From: an uncultured Acidobacteriaceae bacterium
GTDB lineage: Bacteria > Acidobacteriota > Terriglobia > Terriglobales > Acidobacteriaceae
Assembly: GCA_963787995.1 (NCBI GenBank)
Contig: CAWBEO010000001.1
Location: 78,337-142,336, forward strand
Direction of reading: 5' to 3'
Length of the DNA stretch: 64,000 bases
Position numbers and translations under genes: made by a program. Within the stretch, counting starts at the first letter, position 1; the number at the start of each line of letters is the position of its first letter. Below, one piece after another: positions 28,823-37,378 of the stretch. The notes beneath the pieces were generated by a model. The model saw only the letters and a list, made by a program, of their open reading frames with translations, searched no databases and was not told the origin of the DNA.

Positions 28823-31800
28823 CTCGCCCTCCAGGTATCCGGTGGTCGTTGAGGCATCGGCGGTAATGGTTTGACTTGTCCCCACTTCGGTACCCAAAGG
28901 AGAATATCATTAGGGTATGCCTTGCGAATTCTACCAAGTGCTGCATCCTCTCTGGGCGTCGGAGCACCATTCGCATCTGTATCCACAGTCTGAATTCTTA
29001 CTCTAACTCCTGTATTTTCATCTTTCATCGTGGTATCCACCCAAGTGGATCCCATCGGTCCGCCTCCAATACCGGGAATGTATTCTTCACTTTGTTCACC
29101 ACCTCCATGTTCTACAACAAGCCCGAGGCGCTTCCAGCTTTGAGCAATATAATAATTTTGACGTCTCGTCATATTGCTGCCCCACCGTCCCCCTCCACCG
29201 CTGAGATATCTGAAGGCAAATCCTTCTAAATGACCGAATTGCTCGGCCAACCCAGCTTCTTGCTCAGGAGTGAGACTCGGGGCTTTTCGTGCAGCTGCCT
29301 CAGCTTTTTTATAGCTTTCAAGCTCATCTTTATAATCTTCCCATTTCTGTATTTCACGTAAATCTTCCGCATCTTCTTTGAGATTCTCCGGCTTTGCTTC
29401 AGTCTTAGGATCCTGTGTCTCCTGATGGCCATCTACATCAACACCTTCAAGTGGGTTATTGCCGACATAGGCATAGAGATTAAGCGTCTGCGGAGTGTCC
29501 AGCTTCGCATACGGCACCGGCTCTTCTTTGGCGCTCCAGTCGGGCGACATAAAGCGGCCCATGGCGCTGGAGTAGTAGCGGGCCCCGAAGTAGTCGTTGC
29601 CGGATTCGGCGTCGCGTTCCTTGCCGGTGAAGTGGTGTTCGGTGGGGTATTGGGTGCTGGGGAAGTAGGGCGAGCCGTTGGGATTTTCGCAGCTCAGGCC
29701 GTCGCCGTAGGGCAGGCTGACGCAGGTCTGCTCCAGGACGCCGGCCGAGTCGGTTTGGGCGCGGCGGGTGCCGAGCGGGTCGTCGAGATAGAAGTGCAGG
29801 CCGTCGGCGTCGTAGGTGCCGAGCAGCTTGCCGCCGGCCCAGACGTTGGTGTGCTGCCAGGTGAGCCCCATGGTGACCGCATTGGTTCCACCGGTCATGG
29901 CCGCGCCGGAAGAGGAAATCGACAGTCCTGTGGTGGGATTTGATTGAGAGCAGTTGCAGCCGGCGAGGGAGGCGCTGAATGTATAGTTGGCCGCCGATCC
30001 CACCGTCGTCGAGGTAAATGTCACCACGGGTCCATTGGCCGCGGCGGTGATCAAGCCCCCGCAACTGGCCTGCGAGGCTATTGCAGCCGCGATGGAGGCC
30101 GGCGTCGTTCCGCCCGTTTCTCCGGCTCCGAAATTTACATCGATTACGCAAGGCTCACCGTTCGGAAGCGTGCCGATGAGAACAATAAATGCGCCGTTCA
30201 TCCCCGATAGCAACGTGCCGGAGACGGTGGCCGAGGCGGTGGAGGCGCTACCTGCGCTTGGAGTACCGACGTTGACGCCGATCTCCGAGAGCTGCTCGCC
30301 GCCCAGGCCGAGGGTGAAGTCGGTGGTGGTTTGGAAGCCGTTTTGGCTGGGGTCGCAGGACCAGGCGGTGAGGAGGCCTTTGGCGACGCGGATGCCGTCG
30401 GCGTCGTAGAGGTAGCCGGTCATGGTGAAGCCGCCCAGGCCGGAGAGGGCGCTGACGGCGCAGATGCGGCCCTCGGCATCGTAGAGGTACTGGTTGCCGG
30501 TGGTGGCGTCGCCGACAACATCGCCCGACTGGTCGTAGTTCAGAGGCGAGGGCGAGGGCTGACTGCCACCCGGCGCGATGACGCCCGTGACTTGGTTATT
30601 GGCGCCAAAGACCCATTGGGAGGCCGACTGAATCGGGCATGGAGTGGATTGCGGACTTTGCACCGTGCGGTTGCCGAAGTCGTCGTAGGCCCAGCAGTAG
30701 TAGGGGGTGACGCCGGGGGGCGTGAGGCTGAGGCCGGAGACAGAGTCGGCGGCGGAGGCGAGGCGGTTGAGCGTGTCGTAGGCGAAGTTCCAGGAGCCCA
30801 TGACGGTGTCGGCATAGGCGAGCAGATTGCCGGCGGGGTCGTAGCCGCCCGCGGGAACGGTGTAGGTGTAGACCGGGAGGCCGGTGGTGGTGGTGCTGGC
30901 GGAGCCGCCTTCGAGGTTGCCGGTGACCGGTGTGGGAACGAAGGACGGCTCGGCGAAGAGCGTGGAGTTCCAACTGGTGGCCTGGAGGCTGTAGCTCAAG
31001 TCGATGGCCGTGGTCTTGGCTTCGATGTAGAGCGCGTCGTCAACGGCGGTAACGGCGACCTGGGTGGTGGAGGCGGTGAGCTTTTCAGCGACCGTGGAGG
31101 GGGTGTCTCCTTGGCCGTAACTGGCTGTGGAGACTGTGGTTCCGCCCACGGTGAGGGTGACCGTGCCGGTGTCGTAGGCGGCCCCGGTGACGGTGATGGG
31201 GACGGAGAGGTTGAGGCTGGCGTAATCGGCGGCGTCGGAGGGGATGAAGGCGGCGAAGAGCATCTGCTCGCCGGCGGTCAACTGCGGGCTGCCGACGATG
31301 GTAAGGCTGGGCGCGCCCGATCCCGTGGTGGTGGAGTTGGCCAGCACCTTGCCGGCCTCGTTGGTGTAGGTGAAGGCGCCGGCGACGTTGGCGTTGGCGT
31401 TGAACTGCGCGACGCCGAGGAGCGTGGTGTCGGGGATGGCGGCCGGCGCCGGCCAGGTGATTACCGGCGTGGTCTTGAGGACGTTAAGGGTGACGGAGGT
31501 GGTGAGGGGGGCGAATCCTGATCCGGTGGGCGGGGTGTAGACGACCGTGAGCGTCTGCGGGCCGGCGGGCAGAACGGCGCCCGATTGAGGCGTGTAATAG
31601 CATGTGCCCGGCTGCGCGGGCGCGGTTGAAATCGGGCAGGCGGTCAGCACACCTGCCACGCTGACCTGAGCGTCCAACTGCGCCGCACTCAGCGCCGCCG
31701 GACGGGTGATGGGCGCGGGAGGAACCCAGGCGAGGGCGGGCGGAGGCGGGTTAAATGTTACCGTGAAGGGCCCTGTGGAGCTGCTGAGGGTGAGCGGCAA

Positions 31801-32118
31801 ATTGAAGGTATCCGCACCCTTCAGATGGAGGTACAGCACCGCGCCGACAGCGTGGGCGCAGAGGCCGGAGGCGATATAGTCTTTGGAGAACTTGGCGCCG
31901 AAGGCCGAGGCCAGCGAGGCGGGGGTGGAGTACGGGCCGTAGGGGACGGTCTCGGTGAAGGCGTTGCCGGGGGTGTCTTGGAAGGCGATGGTCAGCGAGC
32001 CGGAGGAACTGCCCGACGCGCCCGTCAGGGTCACCGCCGCATCCGCCGCAAGAACCCGCGGGGCAAGGCAAAGCCCCATCCCCAGCAGCACAATCAGTTT
32101 GCGTGACACGCCGTTCAT
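28819..32118 (-). CDS. Rhs C-half toxin 3 with Sec signal; C-terminal putative nuclease (PD-(D/E)XK-like)
   Basis: Rhs core, NNPLEGVDVDG; CT has EEYIP...TWVDTTM...RIQTVDT; toxin class is inferred. Confidence 0.85.
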   Translation of the reverse strand: MNGVSRKLIVLLGMGLCLAPRVLAADAAVTLTGASGSSSGSLTIAFQDTPGNAFTETVPYGPYSTPASLASAFGAKFSKDYIASGLCAHAVGAVLYLHLKGADTFNLPLTLSSSTGPFTVTFNPPPPALAWVPPAPITRPAALSAAQLDAQVSVAGVLTACPISTAPAQPGTCYYTPQSGAVLPAGPQTLTVVYTPPTGSGFAPLTTSVTLNVLKTTPVITWPAPAAIPDTTLLGVAQFNANANVAGAFTYTNEAGKVLANSTTTGSGAPSLTIVGSPQLTAGEQMLFAAFIPSDAADYASLNLSVPITVTGAAYDTGTVTLTVGGTTVSTASYGQGDTPSTVAEKLTASTTQVAVTAVDDALYIEAKTTAIDLSYSLQATSWNSTLFAEPSFVPTPVTGNLEGGSASTTTTGLPVYTYTVPAGGYDPAGNLLAYADTVMGSWNFAYDTLNRLASAADSVSGLSLTPPGVTPYYCWAYDDFGNRTVQSPQSTPCPIQSASQWVFGANNQVTGVIAPGGSQPSPSPLNYDQSGDVVGDATTGNQYLYDAEGRICAVSALSGLGGFTMTGYLYDADGIRVAKGLLTAWSCDPSQNGFQTTTDFTLGLGGEQLSEIGVNVGTPSAGSASTASATVSGTLLSGMNGAFIVLIGTLPNGEPCVIDVNFGAGETGGTTPASIAAAIASQASCGGLITAAANGPVVTFTSTTVGSAANYTFSASLAGCNCSQSNPTTGLSISSSGAAMTGGTNAVTMGLTWQHTNVWAGGKLLGTYDADGLHFYLDDPLGTRRAQTDSAGVLEQTCVSLPYGDGLSCENPNGSPYFPSTQYPTEHHFTGKERDAESGNDYFGARYYSSAMGRFMSPDWSAKEEPVPYAKLDTPQTLNLYAYVGNNPLEGVDVDGHQETQDPKTEAKPENLKEDAEDLREIQKWEDYKDELESYKKAEAAARKAPSLTPEQEAGLAEQFGHLEGFAFRYLSGGGGRWGSNMTRRQNYYIAQSWKRLGLVVEHGGGEQSEEYIPGIGGGPMGSTWVDTTMKDENTGVRVRIQTVDTDANGAPTPREDAALGRIRKAYPNDILLWVPKWGQVKPLPPMPQRPPDTWRAR

Positions 32119-32147
32119 TCCGTTCCCTCTCGGTGACGCCGTGGTAC

Positions 32148-35100
32148 TTACTGCAGTGTGACAACCGCTTCAATGACGCCCTTGCCGGAGTCGAGCGAGC
32201 CGAGGGCCTTGCCGATGACCGCGCCCAACATGCGGCTGCGGTCGGTGCCCTTCATGGCATAACCGGTGGTGGAGGATGCGACCAGCAGATCGCCGATTTT
32301 GATGGGGCCGTTTTCCGCGCTCACCTTGACGGGGACAATGCCCACCAAGGCCATAGGCACCTCATCGGGAGATTTCGGGGTGGTCTGGCGGCGGCCTACG
32401 GTGCCGGGCTTGGTGGAATAGATGCCGGTGACCAGCGTCGAATAGGCCTCGTTGGACTTGAGGAACTTGCCGGGCGCGCTGGGATCAATGACCAGCACGT
32501 CGCCCGGCGTGAAGTTCTTGCGGTCGCCGGAGACATTGACCGACTCGGCATAGTCGCCGCCGCAGGTGACGCCGGTGTAGGCGGTGGACTGGGTGGTGCC
32601 GTCAGAGAAGGTGAGGGCGCCGCCGCTGCCGCTGGTCAACGTGATACCGCCGTTGACTTCGAGCTTCGCGCCGGGGGTGGTTGTGCCGATGCCGAGTGAA
32701 CCGGCTCCGGTCAAAAACATCAGAGTCGTTCGCGGGGTTCCGCTGATAGGAGCGTTCATGAACGCAAATCCACCCGATCCGCCGCCCTGATTATTGATGA
32801 AGTCCGTTTCTCCTGTGCCCTTGGTTAGCGCATTCCAGCCCAAATACGCACCCTGTGCTGCTGTTGTGGGGTTCGTATTTCCTGACACATGCAAGTAACC
32901 GTTGACATCAAGAGGCACCGCGGGAATCGTCGTTCCTATTCCCACGTTTCCACTTGGTATAACGACGTTCGTCCACCCGCCCTGGTTGATTGTCAAGGTT
33001 CCAGTTTGTGCCTGAATGACGCTCCAGGCTGACCCTGCGCCGCCTATTGATAGAGCACCTGAAGTTCCGCCAGGATATCCGCTTCCTGAAGTGCCAGTGA
33101 TCACTATGTTCCCCGCCACGTCTAAGGCTGAAGCCGGTGTCGTCGTCCCGATCCCGACGCTGCCGGAAGTATTCCAAATTCCGTTTCCGGGAAAATTCGT
33201 GTTTGCGGTGAATGTCTGCGGCGCGCTCCATGTCGTGGCGCTGACCGTCGGCCAGGATGTGATGCAGTTTGTGCCATTGATGCAGTAGCCGCCCGATGAA
33301 TTGATCTGGCCAGAAACGTCGAGCTTAAAAGCTGGTGTCGTCGTGCCGATGCCGACGCTGCCGAGGCCTAAATAATATTGCGACGCATAAAATCCCATTG
33401 GGGTATAAGCAGTATTGGCATCGTTAATCGAAAGAATGCCTGGCGTTCCGCTGAAAGCGCTATTTACATTGGAAATAAAATTTATGTGCTGATTGGTTCC
33501 CAATTTAATATCAACATTGCCGATCGGTGACGTCGTTCCAAACCCGACACTTCCGCCTCCATTGACCACCAACGCCTGCGGAGTGATTTTTGTTCCTGTT
33601 GGATTAAACACTTGCAGGGCCAGATAATCCGATCCCTGAGTTGTGCTTCCCGTATGAGTGAACTGATAAGCGTAAGCGGACGGGTTGAAGATGGCTCCAG
33701 TAGTAATCTCCTGATTGAATGCAAGCGAGCCAAAAGTGGTTCCCCCATCGCCTGGATCAATGCTTACGCCTGTTCCATTACTGTTGATATCGAGCTTGCT
33801 GCTTGGAGTAGTCGTGCCAATACCGACGTTTTCAGAGGGCAACTGAGTGATCACGGAGTTGGTAAGCGTAGAAGTAGTGGGAGAGGAAGGAGTGGTCAGC
33901 AAGGGCACGTTGCCTACAATGGGAGTCACTGACTTGGCGACCACGATGCTCTGCGTCACAGTAGGGGCCGCAGAATAAGTGCTGTTGCCGGCCTGCGTCG
34001 CCTGAATGGTGCAAGTACCTGTGGCAAGGAAGGTTGCCGTTGTGCCGGAGACGGTGCAAACACTGGTCGTAGTCGAGGCAAAGCTGACGGCCAAACCAGA
34101 ACTGGCCGTAGCTGTTAGAGTCAGCGGCGTACCTACTGTCTGCAAAGCAATATATGGGAAACTAATGGTCTGCGCAGTGCCATTGACAGTAAAGCTCTGT
34201 GTCACGGTAGGGGCCGCAGCGTAAGCGCTGTTGCCGGCCTGCGTCGCCTGAATGGTGCAAGTGCCAGCGGCAATGAAGGTTGCCGTCGTTCCAGAGACGG
34301 TGCAAACGCTCGTCGTCGTCGAGGCGAAGCTGACAGTCAAACCAGAACTGGCTGTAGCTGTAAGCGTTAGTGGCGTTCCTATGCTCTGTGTGCTGGGAGC
34401 GGCAAAGGTGATAGTCTGCGACTTCGAATTAACACTAAAGCTCTGTGTCACGGCAGGGGCCGCAGTGAAGGAGCTGTTGCCGGCCTGCGTCGCCTGAATG
34501 GTGCATGTGCCTGTGGCGATGAAAGTTGCTGTCGTGCCGGAAACTGTGCAAACGCTGGTCGTTGTCGAGGCAAAGCTGACGGCCAAACCAGAGCTAGCCG
34601 TAGCCGAAAGCGTCAGCGGTGTCCCCACCGTCTGGGTGCTGGGAGCGGCAAAGGTGATGGTCTGCGATCCTATGCTGGCAGTAAAGCTCTGTGTCACCGC
34701 CGGGGCCGCAGCGTAAGTGCTGTTGCCGGCCTGCGTCGCCTGAATGGTGCATGTGCCCGTGGCAATAAAGTTTGCCGTCGTGCCAGAGACTGTGCAAACG
34801 CTGGTCGTTGTCGAGGCAAAGCTGACGGCCAAACCAGAGCTAGCCGTAGCCGAAAGCGTCAGCGGTGTTCCCACCGTCTGGGGGCTGGGAGCGGCAAAGG
34901 TAATGGTCTGCGCCTTGCCATTGACAGTAAAGCTTTGTGTCACCACAGGAGCGGCAGCGTAAGTGCTGTTGCCTGCCTGCGTTGCCTGAATGGTGCAAGT
35001 GCCGGCGGCGAGGAATGTGGCAGTTGTGCTGGAGACAGTGCAAATGCTAGTCGTCGTCGAGGCAAAGCTGACTGCCAAACCAGAACTCGCCGTGGCCGAA

Positions 35101-37091
35101 AGCGCCAGAGGTGTTCCTACCGTCTGGGGTCCGGGATTAGAGAAGGTGATGGTCTGCGGATCGCCATTAACAGCAAAGCTCTGTGTCACAGTAGGGGCCG
35201 CAGAGTAAGTGCTATTGCCGGCCTGCGTCGCCTGAACGGTGCAAGTACCAGAGGCAATGAAGGTTGCCGTAGTGCCGGAGACAGTGCAAACGCTGGTCGT
35301 AGTCGAGGCGAAGCTGACCACCAATCCAGAGCTGGCCGTGGCCGAAAGCGCCAAGGTAGTTCCCACCGCCTGCGTGCTGGGGGCGGCAAAGCTGATGGTC
35401 TGCGCCATAGGATTGACGCTAAAGCTTTGCGTCACCGCAGTAGCCGCAGCGTAAACACTGTTGCCAGCCTGCGTCGCCTGAATGGTGCATGTGCCTGTGG
35501 CAAAGAAGCTCGCCGTCGTGCCAGAGACGGTGCAAACGCTGGTCGTGGTCGAGGCGAAGCTGACTGCCAAACCAGAACTCGCCGTGGCCGAAAGCGCCAG
35601 AGGCGTTCCTATGGTCTGGGTACTGGGAGCGGCAAAGGTAATGGTCTGAGCCTCGCCATTGACCGGGAAGCTCTGCGCGACCTGTGGGGCTGCCGCATAG
35701 GTAGAGTTGCCAGGCTGGTTTGCGTCAATGGTGCAGGTACCAGCCGCGAGGAATGTGGTAGTCGTGCCGGAGACGGTGCAGATGGAAGTGGTAGCAGATG
35801 TGAAGCTAACTGCCAATCCAGAACTGGCTGCGGCCACTAGCGTCATCGGCGTCCCTACCGTTTGGGTTACAGGAGTCAGGAAGTTAATTGTCTGCGATTT
35901 GCCGTTGACCGTGAAGCTCTGAGGAACCATCGAAGCTGCCGCATAGGTGGAGTTGCCCGACTGGTTCGCGTCAATGGTGCAGGTGCCAGTGGCAATAAAC
36001 GTGGCCGTGGTGCCGGAGACAGAGCAGACGGATGTGGTGGCCGATGTGTAGCTGACTGCCAAGCTGGAACTGGCAGTGGCTGTAAGTGCCAGAGGCGATC
36101 CCACCGTTTGGGTTCCGGGATTTGGGAAGCTGATAGTCTGCGATTCGCCGTTGACCGTGAAGCTCTGCGAGACCTGTGGGGCCGCCGCATAGGTGCTGTT
36201 GCCCGACTGGTTCGCAACGATGGTGCAAGTGCCGGCGGCAATAAACGTGGCTGCGCTGCCGGAGAGGGTGCAAATGGAGGTGGTGGCCGATGTGAAGCTG
36301 ACTGCCAGGCTGGAACTCGCCGTGGCAGAGAGCGTAAGAGGTGTTCCCACTGTCTGGGTTCCTGGATTTGGGAAGCTGATGGTTTGAGCGCTGAGGACCG
36401 TGAAGCTCTGCGCGACCTGTGGGGCCGCCGTATAGCTGCTATTGCCCGCCTGGTTCGCGTCGATGGTGCACGTGCCAGCGGCAATAAACGTGGCTGTGGC
36501 GCCGGAGACAGTGCAGACGGATGTGGTGGCCGATGTGAAGCTGACAGCCAATCCGGAGCTGGCCGAAGCTGAGAGCGTCAGAGGCGTTCCTACCGTCTGA
36601 GTTGCAGGAGTCGAGAAATTAATGGTCTGTGCCCAGACAATAGAAGCACTACCGCCACCTCCATTCCCAGGATAGAAAGTAATTGTGAAACCAGTACCAT
36701 TTAGAGGAAGACCAGAGGGAGGTTCTGCGCCCTGCGGCACGCCAGTCGCACAAGTGCCGTTCCACACTAGGTAGCTCGCCGTTCCAGAAAGAGATGTTAC
36801 TACGCCAGTGGCGCTGGTAAAGGTAAAGCCACTGAAGTTGTACTGCATCATAGTTTCATTATTTGGACCACAAGACTCGTTCGTTACTGTAGAGACAGTC
36901 CAACTGAGTGTTCCGCCGCCCACGCTGAGACTTTGAGCGCGCGCTACTTGTAGGGCCATAGTTCCCATCAAGATGAGCAATACTGTCACGGTCGAGCAGA
37001 GTTTCACGAAGACTCTTGCGACAGCCGCTCCGCTGCAGTTACATACAGATCCCCAACCGATTTTGCGCTTGCCATCTACACGAGGTTGCAT
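32148..37091 (-). CDS. Fibre/adhesin protein: signal peptide, 11 Ig-like repeats, GIGTTTP fibre repeats, C-terminal peptidase G2-like intramolecular chaperone
   Basis: AGGAG RBS before ATG 37091; repeats as listed; GGDYAE...GDVLVI...GIYSTKPG...LVGIVPVKV...GDLLV...GAVIGKAL C-terminus. Confidence 0.88.
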   Translation of the reverse strand: MQPRVDGKRKIGWGSVCNCSGAAVARVFVKLCSTVTVLLILMGTMALQVARAQSLSVGGGTLSWTVSTVTNESCGPNNETMMQYNFSGFTFTSATGVVTSLSGTASYLVWNGTCATGVPQGAEPPSGLPLNGTGFTITFYPGNGGGGSASIVWAQTINFSTPATQTVGTPLTLSASASSGLAVSFTSATTSVCTVSGATATFIAAGTCTIDANQAGNSSYTAAPQVAQSFTVLSAQTISFPNPGTQTVGTPLTLSATASSSLAVSFTSATTSICTLSGSAATFIAAGTCTIVANQSGNSTYAAAPQVSQSFTVNGESQTISFPNPGTQTVGSPLALTATASSSLAVSYTSATTSVCSVSGTTATFIATGTCTIDANQSGNSTYAAASMVPQSFTVNGKSQTINFLTPVTQTVGTPMTLVAAASSGLAVSFTSATTSICTVSGTTTTFLAAGTCTIDANQPGNSTYAAAPQVAQSFPVNGEAQTITFAAPSTQTIGTPLALSATASSGLAVSFASTTTSVCTVSGTTASFFATGTCTIQATQAGNSVYAAATAVTQSFSVNPMAQTISFAAPSTQAVGTTLALSATASSGLVVSFASTTTSVCTVSGTTATFIASGTCTVQATQAGNSTYSAAPTVTQSFAVNGDPQTITFSNPGPQTVGTPLALSATASSGLAVSFASTTTSICTVSSTTATFLAAGTCTIQATQAGNSTYAAAPVVTQSFTVNGKAQTITFAAPSPQTVGTPLTLSATASSGLAVSFASTTTSVCTVSGTTANFIATGTCTIQATQAGNSTYAAAPAVTQSFTASIGSQTITFAAPSTQTVGTPLTLSATASSGLAVSFASTTTSVCTVSGTTATFIATGTCTIQATQAGNSSFTAAPAVTQSFSVNSKSQTITFAAPSTQSIGTPLTLTATASSGLTVSFASTTTSVCTVSGTTATFIAAGTCTIQATQAGNSAYAAAPTVTQSFTVNGTAQTISFPYIALQTVGTPLTLTATASSGLAVSFASTTTSVCTVSGTTATFLATGTCTIQATQAGNSTYSAAPTVTQSIVVAKSVTPIVGNVPLLTTPSSPTTSTLTNSVITQLPSENVGIGTTTPSSKLDINSNGTGVSIDPGDGGTTFGSLAFNQEITTGAIFNPSAYAYQFTHTGSTTQGSDYLALQVFNPTGTKITPQALVVNGGGSVGFGTTSPIGNVDIKLGTNQHINFISNVNSAFSGTPGILSINDANTAYTPMGFYASQYYLGLGSVGIGTTTPAFKLDVSGQINSSGGYCINGTNCITSWPTVSATTWSAPQTFTANTNFPGNGIWNTSGSVGIGTTTPASALDVAGNIVITGTSGSGYPGGTSGALSIGGAGSAWSVIQAQTGTLTINQGGWTNVVIPSGNVGIGTTIPAVPLDVNGYLHVSGNTNPTTAAQGAYLGWNALTKGTGETDFINNQGGGSGGFAFMNAPISGTPRTTLMFLTGAGSLGIGTTTPGAKLEVNGGITLTSGSGGALTFSDGTTQSTAYTGVTCGGDYAESVNVSGDRKNFTPGDVLVIDPSAPGKFLKSNEAYSTLVTGIYSTKPGTVGRRQTTPKSPDEVPMALVGIVPVKVSAENGPIKIGDLLVASSTTGYAMKGTDRSRMLGAVIGKALGSLDSGKGVIEAVVTLQ
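33930..36632 (-). repeat. Coding tandem repeat: 11 x ~246 bp (82-aa Ig-like unit QTITF..QTVGTPLTLSATASSGLAVSF..VCTVSG..GTCTI)
   Basis: Counted 11 units in the translation; shadow ORFs recur at 246-bp spacing (34006, 34252, 34498, 34744, 34990). Confidence 0.95.
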
Positions 37092-37138
37092 GGTTTCTCC
37101 TAAGTCGATCTTCTGGGTGTGCATTCCGTGCGCGAAAT

Positions 37139-37378
37139 TCATTCGCTCAGTTCCGAAAGTGTGCGATTATTACCTGTGTCCCCGACAGAAAGATTGCTGA
37201 ATGAATCGAATGCAGCCCCGTCAGGCACAAAGAAATCATTTGTTCTAGCCGAGCTATTGAGAACCGCAGATCGATGAGCATTCGCAACGCCGACTATCCG
37301 ATTCGCGCCAGCGTAGCCTGTTTGATAGATTGCAGATAACCCGCTGCCCGGATCGCCGGCTCCATGCTCTTTACTCAT
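37139..37378 (-). pseudogene. Degenerate NHL-repeat fragment
   Basis: PDGAAFDSFSNLSVGDTGNNR resembles NHL PxGVAFDxxGNLYVADTGNNR; start overlaps upstream stop (ATGA). Confidence 0.5.

Noticed and set aside
22629-31521. Long plus-strand ORFs (396, 509, 396 aa) and similar ones opposite PBP1B, M2 peptidase and xylE
   Set aside because: Antisense shadows of GC-rich genes with no recognisable motifs
21228-32118. Triplication as a pure assembly artefact
   Set aside because: Copies differ by SNPs, by a 360-bp indel, and have wholly different CT/immunity genes; long-read confirmation is still advisable
33930-36632. Regular 246-bp repeats as a CRISPR or non-coding array
   Set aside because: Units are in-frame Ig-like protein repeats with synonymous variation and no unique spacers
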